Shown here: one piece after another, positions 48,726 to 58,411 of the stretch
How the letters are laid out: each line of letters starts with the position of its first letter
How positions within the stretch are numbered: the stretch's first letter is position 1
Assembly: GCF_902493135.1 (NCBI RefSeq)
Contig: NZ_CABUOD010000024.1
Coordinates: 5,585 to 69,584, forward strand
Length of the DNA: 64,000 nt
DNA from: an uncultured Parabacteroides sp.
Lineage (GTDB): Bacteria > Bacteroidota > Bacteroidia > Bacteroidales > Tannerellaceae
Direction: 5' to 3'
Made by a program: the position numbers and the translations under genes
Notes under the pieces: model-generated
What the model was told of the DNA's origin: nothing
Database searches by the model: none
What the model saw: only the letters and a program-made list of their open reading frames with translations

Positions 48726-50288
48726 TTATTCAAATGGATCTGGATTTACAGTCACTTGTTTCATGTCTATCACTTCCCATTCAATTTCAGGAGAGACATC
48801 GAAAGAAGGACTATATGTCCCTTTCACTTGATAAACATGGCCTTTCGTTATTGTTGATCCTGGAATTGTCAATGAATAGGTCTTTGTATTATTCAGATCG
48901 CCGGTTCCTGCTTCTGTGCGTATAGGCGTTCCAGTTCCTTCATCAATAACTCTACCGCCTTTCGAAACTTTAAGCCATGCATCAACAGGGAATTTCTCCG
49001 GTTGCCCCGCCCAATCATAAGCATAATGCTGAGTGGGTTCATTTATCCATCTTCCCCGATAAATCTTATAACCGTATTGTCTGTATTTCTTACGATACAC
49101 ATTCTTGCTTTCCCCAGTACCTACTACTACACTCAAAATGAGATCATTCTCACCAGGTTCGTAAGTATAAAACCGTGTATTAAAGGATGACATTGTAAGA
49201 GCCTGATATTTTGTATTTTCTGGCCTTTCTTTACTCCATATTGCAATATCCGATTCTTTATTCAATCCTGCTAACGTTGTTTTACCTGTCAGAAGTCCTG
49301 TTACAGGAACTTTAACATCACAATCGACATCACGTCCATAAGCTACAATCTTGAAATCTGTGAGATAATCATTATAATCTCTTTTACCGTCTTCTTTCAC
49401 CTTTGCACGAAAATAAAGAACTCCCCGTTCAGGTTGAAGTTTTTCATATACTTTATCACCTTCATATACATCAGTCTTTCCATTATTGAACCACTTTTTT
49501 CCTGCATCATTCCATTGTCCTTTGGAATTCATAAGAGCAGATGCCCGTGCATACTTAGCATCTTTAATAGTCAAATAATTACTAATCGTACTTTTTATTA
49601 CCTCAAAACCAATATTATCTTCAATTTCGTTTTCATCGGTTATATCATACATCTTCTCTGCCGATGCATCCTGAAAAACATATTCATGCGTAGCTTCATC
49701 TGCATCTTCCATCGAACCAGCATCTCCCGATTGTGTAAGAAGCATATCAATACCAGATGATAGCTGAACAAGTGATAACCTGAGTTCAGTTGTTCCTTTC
49801 TCTACTGTAAAAGTTTTATAACCGACTTTTACTAACTCCTCTGCAAGAAAAGGATCTGTCACGACGCTCTCTGCCTGGTAGCCTGAAAAGTTACCCCATT
49901 TGGTATCATTAAAATCCCAAGTCGAGGGATAGTTGGCAATCACATAAACAGAAATAGAACCTTCCGGTATATTATCAAAATGAGCTTTATACTCTGTTGA
50001 TATACCCTCCGTCCCTTCTACTTTCTGTAAACCTTGCGATTGTCCATCACCATATTCACCATGTGCGATTCGCTTACCATTCTCAAAAAGAGCCACATGA
50101 TAACGTACAACATTTACTTCTTCATAATATGGATCTATCTCATCACCTACAGCTTTCGTTTCTCCTCCTCCGACAGACAACGCTATTGAAAGTCCTACAC
50201 GTTCTTTATTATCGACAGCCATTTCTGAGGTACAAGCTGCCATTCCTACAACCGCAGCTAAACAACCTATTAAACTCCTTATCTTCAT
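48726..50288 (-). CDS. Type V pilus accessory subunit-like lipoprotein
   Basis: 520 aa with a lipobox (VGMAAC), an N-terminal strand LSIALSVGGGETKAVG, and a C-terminal strand EIEWEVIDMKQVTV. It lies in a pilin operon. Confidence 0.6.
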   Translation of the reverse strand: MKIRSLIGCLAAVVGMAACTSEMAVDNKERVGLSIALSVGGGETKAVGDEIDPYYEEVNVVRYHVALFENGKRIAHGEYGDGQSQGLQKVEGTEGISTEYKAHFDNIPEGSISVYVIANYPSTWDFNDTKWGNFSGYQAESVVTDPFLAEELVKVGYKTFTVEKGTTELRLSLVQLSSGIDMLLTQSGDAGSMEDADEATHEYVFQDASAEKMYDITDENEIEDNIGFEVIKSTISNYLTIKDAKYARASALMNSKGQWNDAGKKWFNNGKTDVYEGDKVYEKLQPERGVLYFRAKVKEDGKRDYNDYLTDFKIVAYGRDVDCDVKVPVTGLLTGKTTLAGLNKESDIAIWSKERPENTKYQALTMSSFNTRFYTYEPGENDLILSVVVGTGESKNVYRKKYRQYGYKIYRGRWINEPTQHYAYDWAGQPEKFPVDAWLKVSKGGRVIDEGTGTPIRTEAGTGDLNNTKTYSLTIPGSTITKGHVYQVKGTYSPSFDVSPEIEWEVIDMKQVTVNPDPFE

Positions 50289-50313
50289 AATATATTAATT
50301 TTACCCGTTTACA

Positions 50314-51450
50314 TTAATTTCTATTCGCAGTCAAATTACCATCAACTAATACACCTCCGTCAATCCATTTGTCGATAGAAAAGATCACATCCAGATCTAC
50401 TTGTTCAGGTCTCACTGATGCAGTCAAGTTAATCCGGTAAATATAGCCAGCTTCTACAGCCTTCAGATTATCGTTTTTTCCTTCAATTACGATTTTCTTT
50501 GTACGAAGTTGAGATTGAACTCCAATCTTATAAGAAATTTCCAAATACATTTCTTTATCATCTTCCACGTTTGAATAATCGTATGCAAATGTCCGGAAAA
50601 ATACATTATTATTAGCTAAAATATTTTTCCCTACGCTTGAAGAACATTCAGCCTCACCAGTATTACAAGAAGGCAAACCATTGCGAAAGTTCCAATCAGA
50701 TGGCTCTGCAAGAACCGGGCCGATAACGGCTCCATCTACTCGGCCTCTTGTATTTATGTTACACAACTTCACTCCCATCAATGTTACGTCTACATTATCA
50801 GAACCGATTTGCTTCTTAACATTAAACGAAGCAAGTTCTACACGTGCATAGGCTTGTTTCACTGCAACATTCACGGCATACGAATGTGCTAAAACGCCAT
50901 CAGTACCGTTAATCTTTTCATAACCCGGATATTCAGATCCGTCAGCAAAGATCCATGTAATATTGGATTCACCGAACTTGGCACAATCAGCCAAATTAGT
51001 AGAAGCAGCTTTCACTTGTGTCCCTGTAGTGTAATTAGATACAGTTGAAGCAGTGATGTTAGAATTGGCTATAACCATTAATTTTAAGGTATTCACTTTT
51101 TTTGTAAGGAAACCAAAATCGGCTTTAGGAGTACAAACGTTACCAGACTGCGAGAAATCTCCATCAGCTTTGTTCAATAAAGCATAATCAATAACATTGT
51201 CTCCATTTAACAAAAAGATGACAATGTTATTAACTTCTTGATCTACTGTATTATCTGTTCCTGCATCAGTTACAGATTTTGTTGTTAAGCCATTCATATC
51301 CAACTGGAAAGAGACCAACGCTTCCTTAGAAGTACTTGTAGAACTGTTTATTTCTTTAGAGATGTCATTCATCACTGTCTCATCGTCCATCGAGCAGGAT
51401 GCCATTGCTGCCAAGAAGCAAAAAAACGATAGTATATTCTTTAGTTTCAT
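50314..51450 (-). CDS. FimA/Mfa1-like type V pilin lipoprotein
   Basis: 378 aa with a lipobox (LAAMASC), LVSFQLDMNGLTTKSV, a central ARVELASF motif, and a C-terminal VIFSIDKW. Confidence 0.7.
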   Translation of the reverse strand: MKLKNILSFFCFLAAMASCSMDDETVMNDISKEINSSTSTSKEALVSFQLDMNGLTTKSVTDAGTDNTVDQEVNNIVIFLLNGDNVIDYALLNKADGDFSQSGNVCTPKADFGFLTKKVNTLKLMVIANSNITASTVSNYTTGTQVKAASTNLADCAKFGESNITWIFADGSEYPGYEKINGTDGVLAHSYAVNVAVKQAYARVELASFNVKKQIGSDNVDVTLMGVKLCNINTRGRVDGAVIGPVLAEPSDWNFRNGLPSCNTGEAECSSSVGKNILANNNVFFRTFAYDYSNVEDDKEMYLEISYKIGVQSQLRTKKIVIEGKNDNLKAVEAGYIYRINLTASVRPEQVDLDVIFSIDKWIDGGVLVDGNLTANRN

Positions 51451-51484
51451 AACCCTAATATTTTTTCCATTTAACTTACGAAGG

Positions 51485-51492
51485 CAAAAGTA
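51485..51492 (-). promoter_or_regulatory. Candidate -7 promoter box (TACTTTTG on the minus strand) for the 378/520/960-aa pilin operon
   Basis: The reverse complement of CAAAAGTA matches TAnnTTTG, 35 nt upstream of the ATG at 51450. Confidence 0.4.
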
Positions 51493-51739
51493 GGGGGAAT
51501 ATCAAGAGGGGGCGATAGGCGAAACTTTCAAGATTAATAGGTAAAAATACCAGAGGAAAGATTGAGAGGCGTACCCTTTAAATGCGATAGAAATAACTAC
51601 AAAACAGGTGATTCTGATAGGAAAGAAGGCGAAAAGGAGAGATTTACGGATTTTAATAGAATTACCGTTATTTATGAAAGGTTTGGCTATGCAATAGTAT
51701 CGTGGGGATTAATAGAAATGTCAGAAGATTGGCTGAAAA

Positions 51740-52402
51740 TTAAAACAGAGCCTGTAGCCCGTCAGCCATAAGAGCGGACAAGATAGCGGCTAAGATGACC
51801 AAAAAGAGCCATAAAACACAACGGCTTGCGAATACAAGCGCTGCCTTAAAGCGTTCTTTACGAATATGCCCGGCCTGCCTGTCAAACAAGATTTCCAATT
51901 TCCGGTATTGTAAATAGCTTTCTTCAAACAATTTCATCGATTTTTCCGTGTCCTTCGACTCTTCTATTTTAGCCGTAAAAACTGCCTTTACCGCATACCT
52001 CTTCAAATCACGGTAAGAAGTCCATTCCGTACCAGAACCCATTTTTAATGGATCCATATACTTCATTTTCTTTTCATATCTTTTCACCGTATCCGACAAA
52101 GAAGCATTCAGTTGTTTAAAACAATCCAGAATCAGACGCCGGATGTGACCCTCCGCCTTATCTATTTCTTTCTTCTGCCTCTCGATTTCTTTATGCTTCA
52201 TCTCCGGATCATTTAAATCGATGGAACAATCATAATAGCAACGGGCTATATGATCGTTAAAAGCCCTGATTTCATTTTGCAAAGCGTGACTTATTTTGCC
52301 CGAACGCACCTCGACTTCGATTAGCAGCGGCTTGACCACCTCATTGTAGCTTTGGTACAAACCTTTCACACGCTCCCGATCTTTTTTTTCTAAAATCAAC
52401 AT
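51740..52402 (-). CDS. Uncharacterised tail-anchored helical membrane protein (paralog B of the cassette)
   Basis: 220 aa with no signal peptide, a long charged helical region, and a single C-terminal TM (LVFASRCVLWLFLVILAAILSALMA). It is clearly paralogous to the upstream 215-aa ORF (YNEVVKPLLIEVEVR / YNKEIKPLVAEIEAR; NEIRAFNDHIARCY / AEIFFFNDYMANGY). Confidence 0.7.
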   Translation of the reverse strand: MLILEKKDRERVKGLYQSYNEVVKPLLIEVEVRSGKISHALQNEIRAFNDHIARCYYDCSIDLNDPEMKHKEIERQKKEIDKAEGHIRRLILDCFKQLNASLSDTVKRYEKKMKYMDPLKMGSGTEWTSYRDLKRYAVKAVFTAKIEESKDTEKSMKLFEESYLQYRKLEILFDRQAGHIRKERFKAALVFASRCVLWLFLVILAAILSALMADGLQALF

Positions 52403-52407
52403 AAGCC

Positions 52408-53055
52408 CTATTTATTTAGAATTGAAAAAAGATAAGATTTAACCTCGCTTGGATAAAAAAAGGAAACGACAGCGGATATCAATATAGGAAATATCCAAAT
52501 AAAAAGTTTACTTTTGAAAGATAAATGATACATGGAAACGGCGCGATTCACTTCGCAACTTTTAAGATTGAGGAAATCCTCCAACTTTATATAATCTTGA
52601 TAAGCATCCTGATATAAAGTCAAAGCCTCGGTGGCAGAGAGCCACCTCTCCCTCTCCTTTGCTAACATCAATTTGGATTCTGCTGATTTCTTCATCCTTG
52701 TATATTCCTTGAAGAAAGAGCCGTCATTGATAGCATTCAAATCTACATTCCGGGTTTGTTCTTCAAAAAGCTCTATCACCAAAACTAATGCTGCATTCAA
52801 ATATACATACAAATATAATTTGAGCTGTGTCAGGTGCTTCAAAGCCAACTCTATCGATTCGTCATATTCTTTTTCGGTAACGGATTCACGATACCCATTC
52901 GCCATATAATCATTAAAGAAAAAAATTTCCGCCAACAAAGGTTCTGGAAATTCTTCAAACCGAGCTTCTATTTCAGCTACTAACGGTTTGATTTCTTTAT
53001 TATATAATGTATACAGTGCTTCTCTCTGGCGTTCTATTTCATTTTCAGGTATCAA
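52408..53055 (-). CDS. Uncharacterised tail-anchored helical membrane protein (paralog A of the cassette)
   Basis: 215 aa with no signal peptide, a helical region, and a single C-terminal TM (LFIWIFPILISAVVSFFY). There is a 5-nt gap to the next gene. Confidence 0.7.
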   Translation of the reverse strand: MIPENEIERQREALYTLYNKEIKPLVAEIEARFEEFPEPLLAEIFFFNDYMANGYRESVTEKEYDESIELALKHLTQLKLYLYVYLNAALVLVIELFEEQTRNVDLNAINDGSFFKEYTRMKKSAESKLMLAKERERWLSATEALTLYQDAYQDYIKLEDFLNLKSCEVNRAVSMYHLSFKSKLFIWIFPILISAVVSFFYPSEVKSYLFSILNK

Positions 53056-53057
53056 AG

Positions 53058-53303
53058 CTACTTCAGATATTTACAAATGATCCGTCTAACGTCCTCCAAA
53101 CTCAAAATCCTTCCTAAATACAGATATACAGAACCTCTCGGAGAAAGATGTTTTGTTCCCTTATGACTGAACTTCTTCTTATTTATAGCTGATATGGATC
53201 CGATAATATCAGAGATAGGCCTTGTGGTCAATGCATTATAATCCAACCCTGTAGATTCATGCAGAAGTTCTTTAGTCTCTATACTTAATTTAAAGTCAGT
53301 CAT
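53058..53303 (-). CDS. Uncharacterised small basic protein (81 aa), first gene of the cassette
   Basis: An ORF with a 2-nt gap to the next gene and its own upstream -7 box. I recognise no motif. Confidence 0.55.
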   Translation of the reverse strand: MTDFKLSIETKELLHESTGLDYNALTTRPISDIIGSISAINKKKFSHKGTKHLSPRGSVYLYLGRILSLEDVRRIICKYLK

Positions 53304-53356
53304 TTTTTATCTGTTACAATTTGGGGAACAAAGATACGCTTATTTCTTTATGCTCA

Positions 53357-53364
53357 CAAATATA
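53357..53364 (-). promoter_or_regulatory. Candidate -7 promoter box (TATATTTG on the minus strand) for the three-gene cassette
   Basis: The reverse complement of CAAATATA matches TAnnTTTG, ~54 nt upstream of the ATG at 53303 and downstream of the terminator of the preceding pilin operon. Confidence 0.4.
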
Positions 53365-53438
53365 ACGCATAATTCCTTAAAGTGTTTCATAATAAAGTGC
53401 TTAATATTCCAAATATGATATTATTTAAATCTGCTACA

Positions 53439-53478
53439 CAAAAAAACAGGCAACCCGTGTGAATGGATTGCCTGTTCC
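53439..53478 (-). terminator. Rho-independent terminator after the 417-aa pilin gene
   Basis: The minus strand reads AACAGGCAA-N14-TTGCCTGTT followed by TTTTTTT (stem 53445-53453 / 53468-53476; A-run at 53439-53446 on the plus strand). Confidence 0.7.
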
Positions 53479-53499
53479 CTATTTAAACCTGTAGGCTAA

Positions 53500-54753
53500 T
53501 TAATTCGCATCTTCTTCATTCTGTTCGATCACGTTCCACGGGGCAACAACGATTTTTGCGGCAACATGGGCGTTCAGCAAGATTTCATCTTCGTTAGGAG
53601 AACCTTCACCGGTGATATTAACTGTGATCTTATACATATAATTAGGTAACACCTTCTTTTCACCTTCCCTATTTAAAACAACATGGAAGTGACGTGTTTG
53701 AGCTGTTGCAGAGCTATTAAGTTTGAAATCACCTTCCAAAATCAAACGGGTTTCGTAGTTTTGTGTAATACCATCACCTGCTGCTTTTTTAGTTCCATTA
53801 TAAGCAAATGCATAAAATACAGGTTTATCTGTATTAAAAGTATGTCCATTTGCAGACACCATAGAAAGATGGGTAATATTCAAATCTTTCGCCAATTCAT
53901 TTTTAACATTATTATCATTATCAGGTATGATCAAATACTGTTTTACTTCCCAAGAAGCAGATTGGAAACCTTTCCATAAAGCGGCTGCATTCTCCTCTCC
54001 GATACTGCCTAAAGGAGAAGTCGAAGGAACATTTGCCAAGAAGACCTTTTTCAAATCGAAAGTTGCATCTTTATAATTACCACCAGCAAAATTAACAGAG
54101 ACTTTTTCCAACTGTACCCGAGCCACCAAACGCTCCAAAACAACAGCGTTAGTAGAAGCAGTTCCCTGAGTTACAGCAACAACAGTTTCTCCTGTAGCAT
54201 TATTTATCCAGTTCTCAGTATGATTTTCACCTAAAGGTTTCACTCCTGAGAATTTCACCTTCTTTACCATCGGCAAGAAACAGGTTCCTGCAGCCATTTT
54301 GGAACGTGTATAGTTATCGATCGTAAGCGTCTTTTGTTCTTCAAATGCTGCTAATGTAGCGACAGTCGAAACATTCACATTTGCAACCAATACGGCTGTA
54401 AACGTTTCGTTAGAGGCACTCACACCATCAGAAGAAGCGACCTTGATGGTAATACATTTAATCTTATCAATAGACTCAGTAACACCTTCCTTCCGTATAG
54501 TATCGCCACGTCCGACCAACTTACCACTCTCATCAAAGATCAGGGCTGTAAGTTGATTCACTAATTTTTCATTTTCTTCACCTCCATCTGCTTCAACTTC
54601 GTGTCCATTAGCTTTTGTCATAACCTCAGTTGTTACACCAAATGACACCAATGCATCAACGGGAGCAGCCGGGCCATTCGCATCGTCGTCCTTCGAACAG
54701 CTTGCCATCGTGCAAACTGCCAAACCTGCTAAAAAAATATTCCGTAGTTTCAT
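53500..54753 (-). CDS. FimA/Mfa-like type V pilin lipoprotein
   Basis: 417 aa with a lipobox (CTMASC), LVSFGVTTEVMTKANG, ARVQLEKV, and a C-terminal AAKIVVAPWNV. Confidence 0.72.
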   Translation of the reverse strand: MKLRNIFLAGLAVCTMASCSKDDDANGPAAPVDALVSFGVTTEVMTKANGHEVEADGGEENEKLVNQLTALIFDESGKLVGRGDTIRKEGVTESIDKIKCITIKVASSDGVSASNETFTAVLVANVNVSTVATLAAFEEQKTLTIDNYTRSKMAAGTCFLPMVKKVKFSGVKPLGENHTENWINNATGETVVAVTQGTASTNAVVLERLVARVQLEKVSVNFAGGNYKDATFDLKKVFLANVPSTSPLGSIGEENAAALWKGFQSASWEVKQYLIIPDNDNNVKNELAKDLNITHLSMVSANGHTFNTDKPVFYAFAYNGTKKAAGDGITQNYETRLILEGDFKLNSSATAQTRHFHVVLNREGEKKVLPNYMYKITVNITGEGSPNEDEILLNAHVAAKIVVAPWNVIEQNEEDAN

Positions 54754-54800
54754 CCCTTTATTATTTTAATCGTTTATACTTTATTTATTTTACCCTCTCG

Positions 54801-55919
54801 CTATTTTACTACTGCTTCCTGGTTGACAGGGCCCCATCCTACGACTTCAACATTCACGCTCAAGCCACCTGTGGAAGGGGTCGGGGGTGTGGGAGGATCA
54901 GGAGGGGTCGGGTCATCGATGTCGATGCCTTCGAAACTGTTCGGGCCGAAAGTGATGTTCAGGCGGTAGATGTAATTCCGTTTCACATACTTATGGGGAT
55001 CCCCTTTCAATACGACCCCGTTCTCATTGATGGTAGCGGCAAACTCTTTTGTTTCTGCCTGGTAGTCGGCGTTCGCCAGGATGGTAGCGTTCACGACAAG
55101 CTGTGTCGGATTGCTGCTGTCCGTATTTTCCATCACATACTGGTAGAAAGGCGTTCCGGAGAGCGGAAGGTCCTGTCCCAAAGTGACAGCAGCACTATTA
55201 TCCGTATTCCCGTCGACCATTACTGCGCCCCAGTAAGCCGTGCTGGCAAAACGGGAGGCGGTTTTCCGGTTGGCGAAATAGATGCTGTTGATGCGGACGG
55301 TACGCCCTCTCAACCTGCTGTTCGTTCCGAAATCGGTCGATGCGCTCCTCAGTTCGATGCGGGCAGCCAGACGGGTCAGTTCCAATGGGGAAGAGATATT
55401 GTTGATGTTGGTCTGCGTCGCATATCCGATATAGTTATCGCCTTCATCCAACCGGTCGTTGGAGGCAATCACCTGGGCGCTCATGGCAAGGTTTGACTGC
55501 GACTGGTCGGACAGCTGCGCCAGACGGCCTTGGAAATCACTGTAGGAAGTCACTCCGCTGAAAGCGTTCGCCGGGACATTGGCAAGGATGGCGATGATGG
55601 CATTCGTCGCTTTTGTCGGGACGTTCAGCACGGTGGCTTCTCCGCCGGAAGCAGACATGCCGTCCGTCCAATAAGGATCGGCCAATATCTGCGAACCGTC
55701 GGCGGTAAATGAAAGAACCGCCACGTTATTTATATTTGTCTCGCCGGAAAGGGCATTATTGTCACCATCCGCCTTCGTCGTCCCCGAAGCAGAAGCTTTC
55801 ACCGAGATATTCAGTTTCGCATCCTTCAGGTCTTTCACATTCACCGGCTGGCTGTCTTTCGAACAGCTCGCCAAGGCGAACAACGACAAACCGACTGCTA
55901 TTATATTTCTTATTTTCAT
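54801..55919 (-). CDS. FimA/Mfa-like type V pilin lipoprotein with a proline-rich pre-C-terminal linker
   Basis: 372 aa with a lipobox (FALASC), LNISVKASASGTTKADG, LAARIELRS, then DDPTPPDPPTPPTPSTGG followed by LSVNVEVVGW. Confidence 0.72.
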   Translation of the reverse strand: MKIRNIIAVGLSLFALASCSKDSQPVNVKDLKDAKLNISVKASASGTTKADGDNNALSGETNINNVAVLSFTADGSQILADPYWTDGMSASGGEATVLNVPTKATNAIIAILANVPANAFSGVTSYSDFQGRLAQLSDQSQSNLAMSAQVIASNDRLDEGDNYIGYATQTNINNISSPLELTRLAARIELRSASTDFGTNSRLRGRTVRINSIYFANRKTASRFASTAYWGAVMVDGNTDNSAAVTLGQDLPLSGTPFYQYVMENTDSSNPTQLVVNATILANADYQAETKEFAATINENGVVLKGDPHKYVKRNYIYRLNITFGPNSFEGIDIDDPTPPDPPTPPTPSTGGLSVNVEVVGWGPVNQEAVVK

Positions 55920-55938
55920 ATCTGTACTTCTTTAGAGA

Positions 55939-56865
55939 TTAAAATATCATATCCTCTTCGACTACTCCCCACGGAGTGATACGCATCTTGGCCGAAATGG
56001 TGCCGTCTTCGCCGAACAGGAGCAGCACGTCCAAACGGCCGCCTTCGGGAATTTCGAACGGATCGCCATTGTCGTCCACATAAACGGTCTTGTTGACCGA
56101 GCCGTCTTTGCTGGTGATCGACACGCCGAGATTTTCACCGGCAAAGGAGTTCTGCTTACCGCCAAACTGATCTTGGTCGATAACGCCCGTCGTCAACCAT
56201 TCCTGCGCCGTGTCGTAAGTGCCTTCAGGATTGTAGGCGACGCTGTCGCCATCCAGCGAACCGGCGTTGTCATACACGCTCAAGGTGCGGTTGATATAAA
56301 AATCGAAATCCGACGCGCTTCTCAACCCGTAAGCCTTCAAGGCGTTGTTCAGGCCGGAGGTCTTGATCGTGTAAGTCCCGGTTTTGAGGCGGATCACCAC
56401 CTGGCCGTCTCCACCGACGATGCCGCTGCCGAGCGAAGTCACTTCTTTCGTCCCGAAATAGAGGCTGTCGGGAGATTGTGCGAACCCGTCTTCCGAACTT
56501 TTCAGCTGCACCTTCAGGTCTTCCAGCTGCTTCGGGTCGGTAACCGACTGGTTGCCTCCTTTGAGGTTCCCCCAGGCCACGATGTTCAGTTTCGTATGGT
56601 CCGGATAGTTATCCAGCCTGATGGCTTCTTTCGACAGGATGAAATCTTTATCCAGATTACGTGTCTCAAGCAATTTCTTGTTTTCATCGAAGATATATAG
56701 GGTGGCATCTTCCACCAATCCCAGACTGGTGATATCCGTGATATCCGTGCGGTTCAGCCCTTCGACCTTCAACGTCAGTTTGCTACATTCAGCCAGATCA
56801 TCTTTGATGCAACCGGTGAGCATGACTGCAAGCGCACCTGCCGCCAGCAAAAGAGACTGTTTCAT
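55939..56865 (-). CDS. FimB/Mfa2 family fimbrial anchor subunit
   Basis: ~308 aa from MKQSLLLAAGALAVMLTGC. It has a double-Cys start (C..DDLAEC), ATLYIFDENKKLL, DSLYFG and a C-terminal RITPWGVV. It lacks the TK processing motif of the stalk-type pilins. The ORF track extends to 56925. Confidence 0.75.
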   Translation of the reverse strand: MKQSLLLAAGALAVMLTGCIKDDLAECSKLTLKVEGLNRTDITDITSLGLVEDATLYIFDENKKLLETRNLDKDFILSKEAIRLDNYPDHTKLNIVAWGNLKGGNQSVTDPKQLEDLKVQLKSSEDGFAQSPDSLYFGTKEVTSLGSGIVGGDGQVVIRLKTGTYTIKTSGLNNALKAYGLRSASDFDFYINRTLSVYDNAGSLDGDSVAYNPEGTYDTAQEWLTTGVIDQDQFGGKQNSFAGENLGVSITSKDGSVNKTVYVDDNGDPFEIPEGGRLDVLLLFGEDGTISAKMRITPWGVVEEDMIF

Positions 56866-56921
56866 ACATGTTATATGTTTCATAATGCTATATTTATATC
56901 TTATTATTACCCTATTCCACA

Positions 56922-58301
56922 TCAATCGACATCTTCTTTGATGTCAATCACATTCCAGTCTGCCACCTTAACCTGTGCTGCTACATGCGCGAAAGCGGCA
57001 GGAGTGAACGGATCATTCGAACCGGAACCCAATATCTGCACGGTCACGTTATATTTGGTGTTGCGCTGGATATGGACATAGTGTTCGCCGCTACCGTCGA
57101 TCGTTCCGCCCTGATTCTTATCATTGATGATAACCGTGTAGTAGCGGTTGTTTTCGGTAACCAGTTCGCTATCACCGATCTTATAGATATAAGTACCTCT
57201 CAGGACCAACAAGGTGTAATTATGTTTTCCTGTTTCACCTGTTTCATCTATTTCACCATTTTGGTTCGGGTAGACATAGAAGGGAGGAATATTAATGTTC
57301 TCCCAATCAAGATTTACATTCGTTCCTGTCCCAGCTTGTATTGTTATAGCTGACTCCAGAGCCCGTAACATTGAATCATCGCCTGTAGCCACTCCTGTCT
57401 TATAGGTACCGGTATGGAGAGCATATTTTTCAGGAGCTAAATAATATGTAAGATCAATTTTTCCATCTTTCAACGGTGCCTGTTCGATGGTTTTAACATC
57501 ACCAAACGTTCCGATCCCGGCCGTACTCTTCACATTGGCAACAAAAACAGAATCCAATGTAAAACTTACATTTTTATAATTCGAATTTCCTTTATCCGGT
57601 GTCTCCGGCAACAAAACGCCCTTCAGATTGATGGCGGCAACCGTACGGGTCAGAACAACGGGGTTGTTACCATAGATTTCTGTTCCTGTGCCATAGCCTT
57701 CCACTGTTAATGCACCTGTTTCTCCAAATCCCACGAAGTTTATCCCCGGAACAAGCTTAAGCGGCAATACGGCACTACTCATCGTAAGTCCCTTGTCGTC
57801 CGTTTCGGAAGAGAGAGGCGTTGCAAGTTCAAGCACGCCTTCTACACTCAAACGTTTATTCGGGTCGGTACTGTTGACCGAATTTGTCAACTCTTCCAAT
57901 ACACCGGCATCCAAGTTTGCGATCAGCAACAAATGAATGTCCCCGGATTTCACTTCTCCCTCAATTACAGTTTCATTTGCAGGATTCGTATAGTTCTGCG
58001 TGAAAATGGCAGCAATACGACCTTCAAGAATATTGCTTTCAGCAGGATATGCCCCATGATTAAAGATCACCGCCGTCAACGTCTTCACTTCAAAATCCCA
58101 AGTGGGCTTTCCCTCAACGGCAGCATCGCCTTCTATAAATCCGCCTTTCGTCTTTACCCTATTATCCGTCTGGACAGCCAGTGACAACGTTGCATCCGGC
58201 ACGACAGGCGTTATCGTCAGATTCACCGGGTCGTCATTGTCCGAGCATGAAAAGAATGCACAGGCCATTAATGTTATCAAAAAGCAACTTTTCAGTTTCA
58301 T
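56922..58301 (-). CDS. FimA/Mfa1-like type V pilin lipoprotein (first gene of the operon, stalk candidate)
   Basis: 459 aa with a lipobox (CAFFSC), LSLAVQTDNRVKTKGG, and a C-terminal AAQVKVADWNV. Confidence 0.72.
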   Translation of the reverse strand: MKLKSCFLITLMACAFFSCSDNDDPVNLTITPVVPDATLSLAVQTDNRVKTKGGFIEGDAAVEGKPTWDFEVKTLTAVIFNHGAYPAESNILEGRIAAIFTQNYTNPANETVIEGEVKSGDIHLLLIANLDAGVLEELTNSVNSTDPNKRLSVEGVLELATPLSSETDDKGLTMSSAVLPLKLVPGINFVGFGETGALTVEGYGTGTEIYGNNPVVLTRTVAAINLKGVLLPETPDKGNSNYKNVSFTLDSVFVANVKSTAGIGTFGDVKTIEQAPLKDGKIDLTYYLAPEKYALHTGTYKTGVATGDDSMLRALESAITIQAGTGTNVNLDWENINIPPFYVYPNQNGEIDETGETGKHNYTLLVLRGTYIYKIGDSELVTENNRYYTVIINDKNQGGTIDGSGEHYVHIQRNTKYNVTVQILGSGSNDPFTPAAFAHVAAQVKVADWNVIDIKEDVD

Positions 58302-58349
58302 AGATATAAATATTATTTTGTTTTTTTACCTTATAGAATAATCACAATA

Positions 58350-58357
58350 CAAAGATA
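58350..58357 (-). promoter_or_regulatory. Candidate -7 promoter box (TATCTTTG on the minus strand) for the 459-aa pilin operon
   Basis: The reverse complement of CAAAGATA matches TAnnTTTG, 49 nt upstream of the ATG at 58301. Confidence 0.4.
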
Positions 58358-58411
58358 GGCTACAAATAAAACGGAAAAGATAGGTAGTTCTCTCGTTGTT
58401 TATAGACGAAT

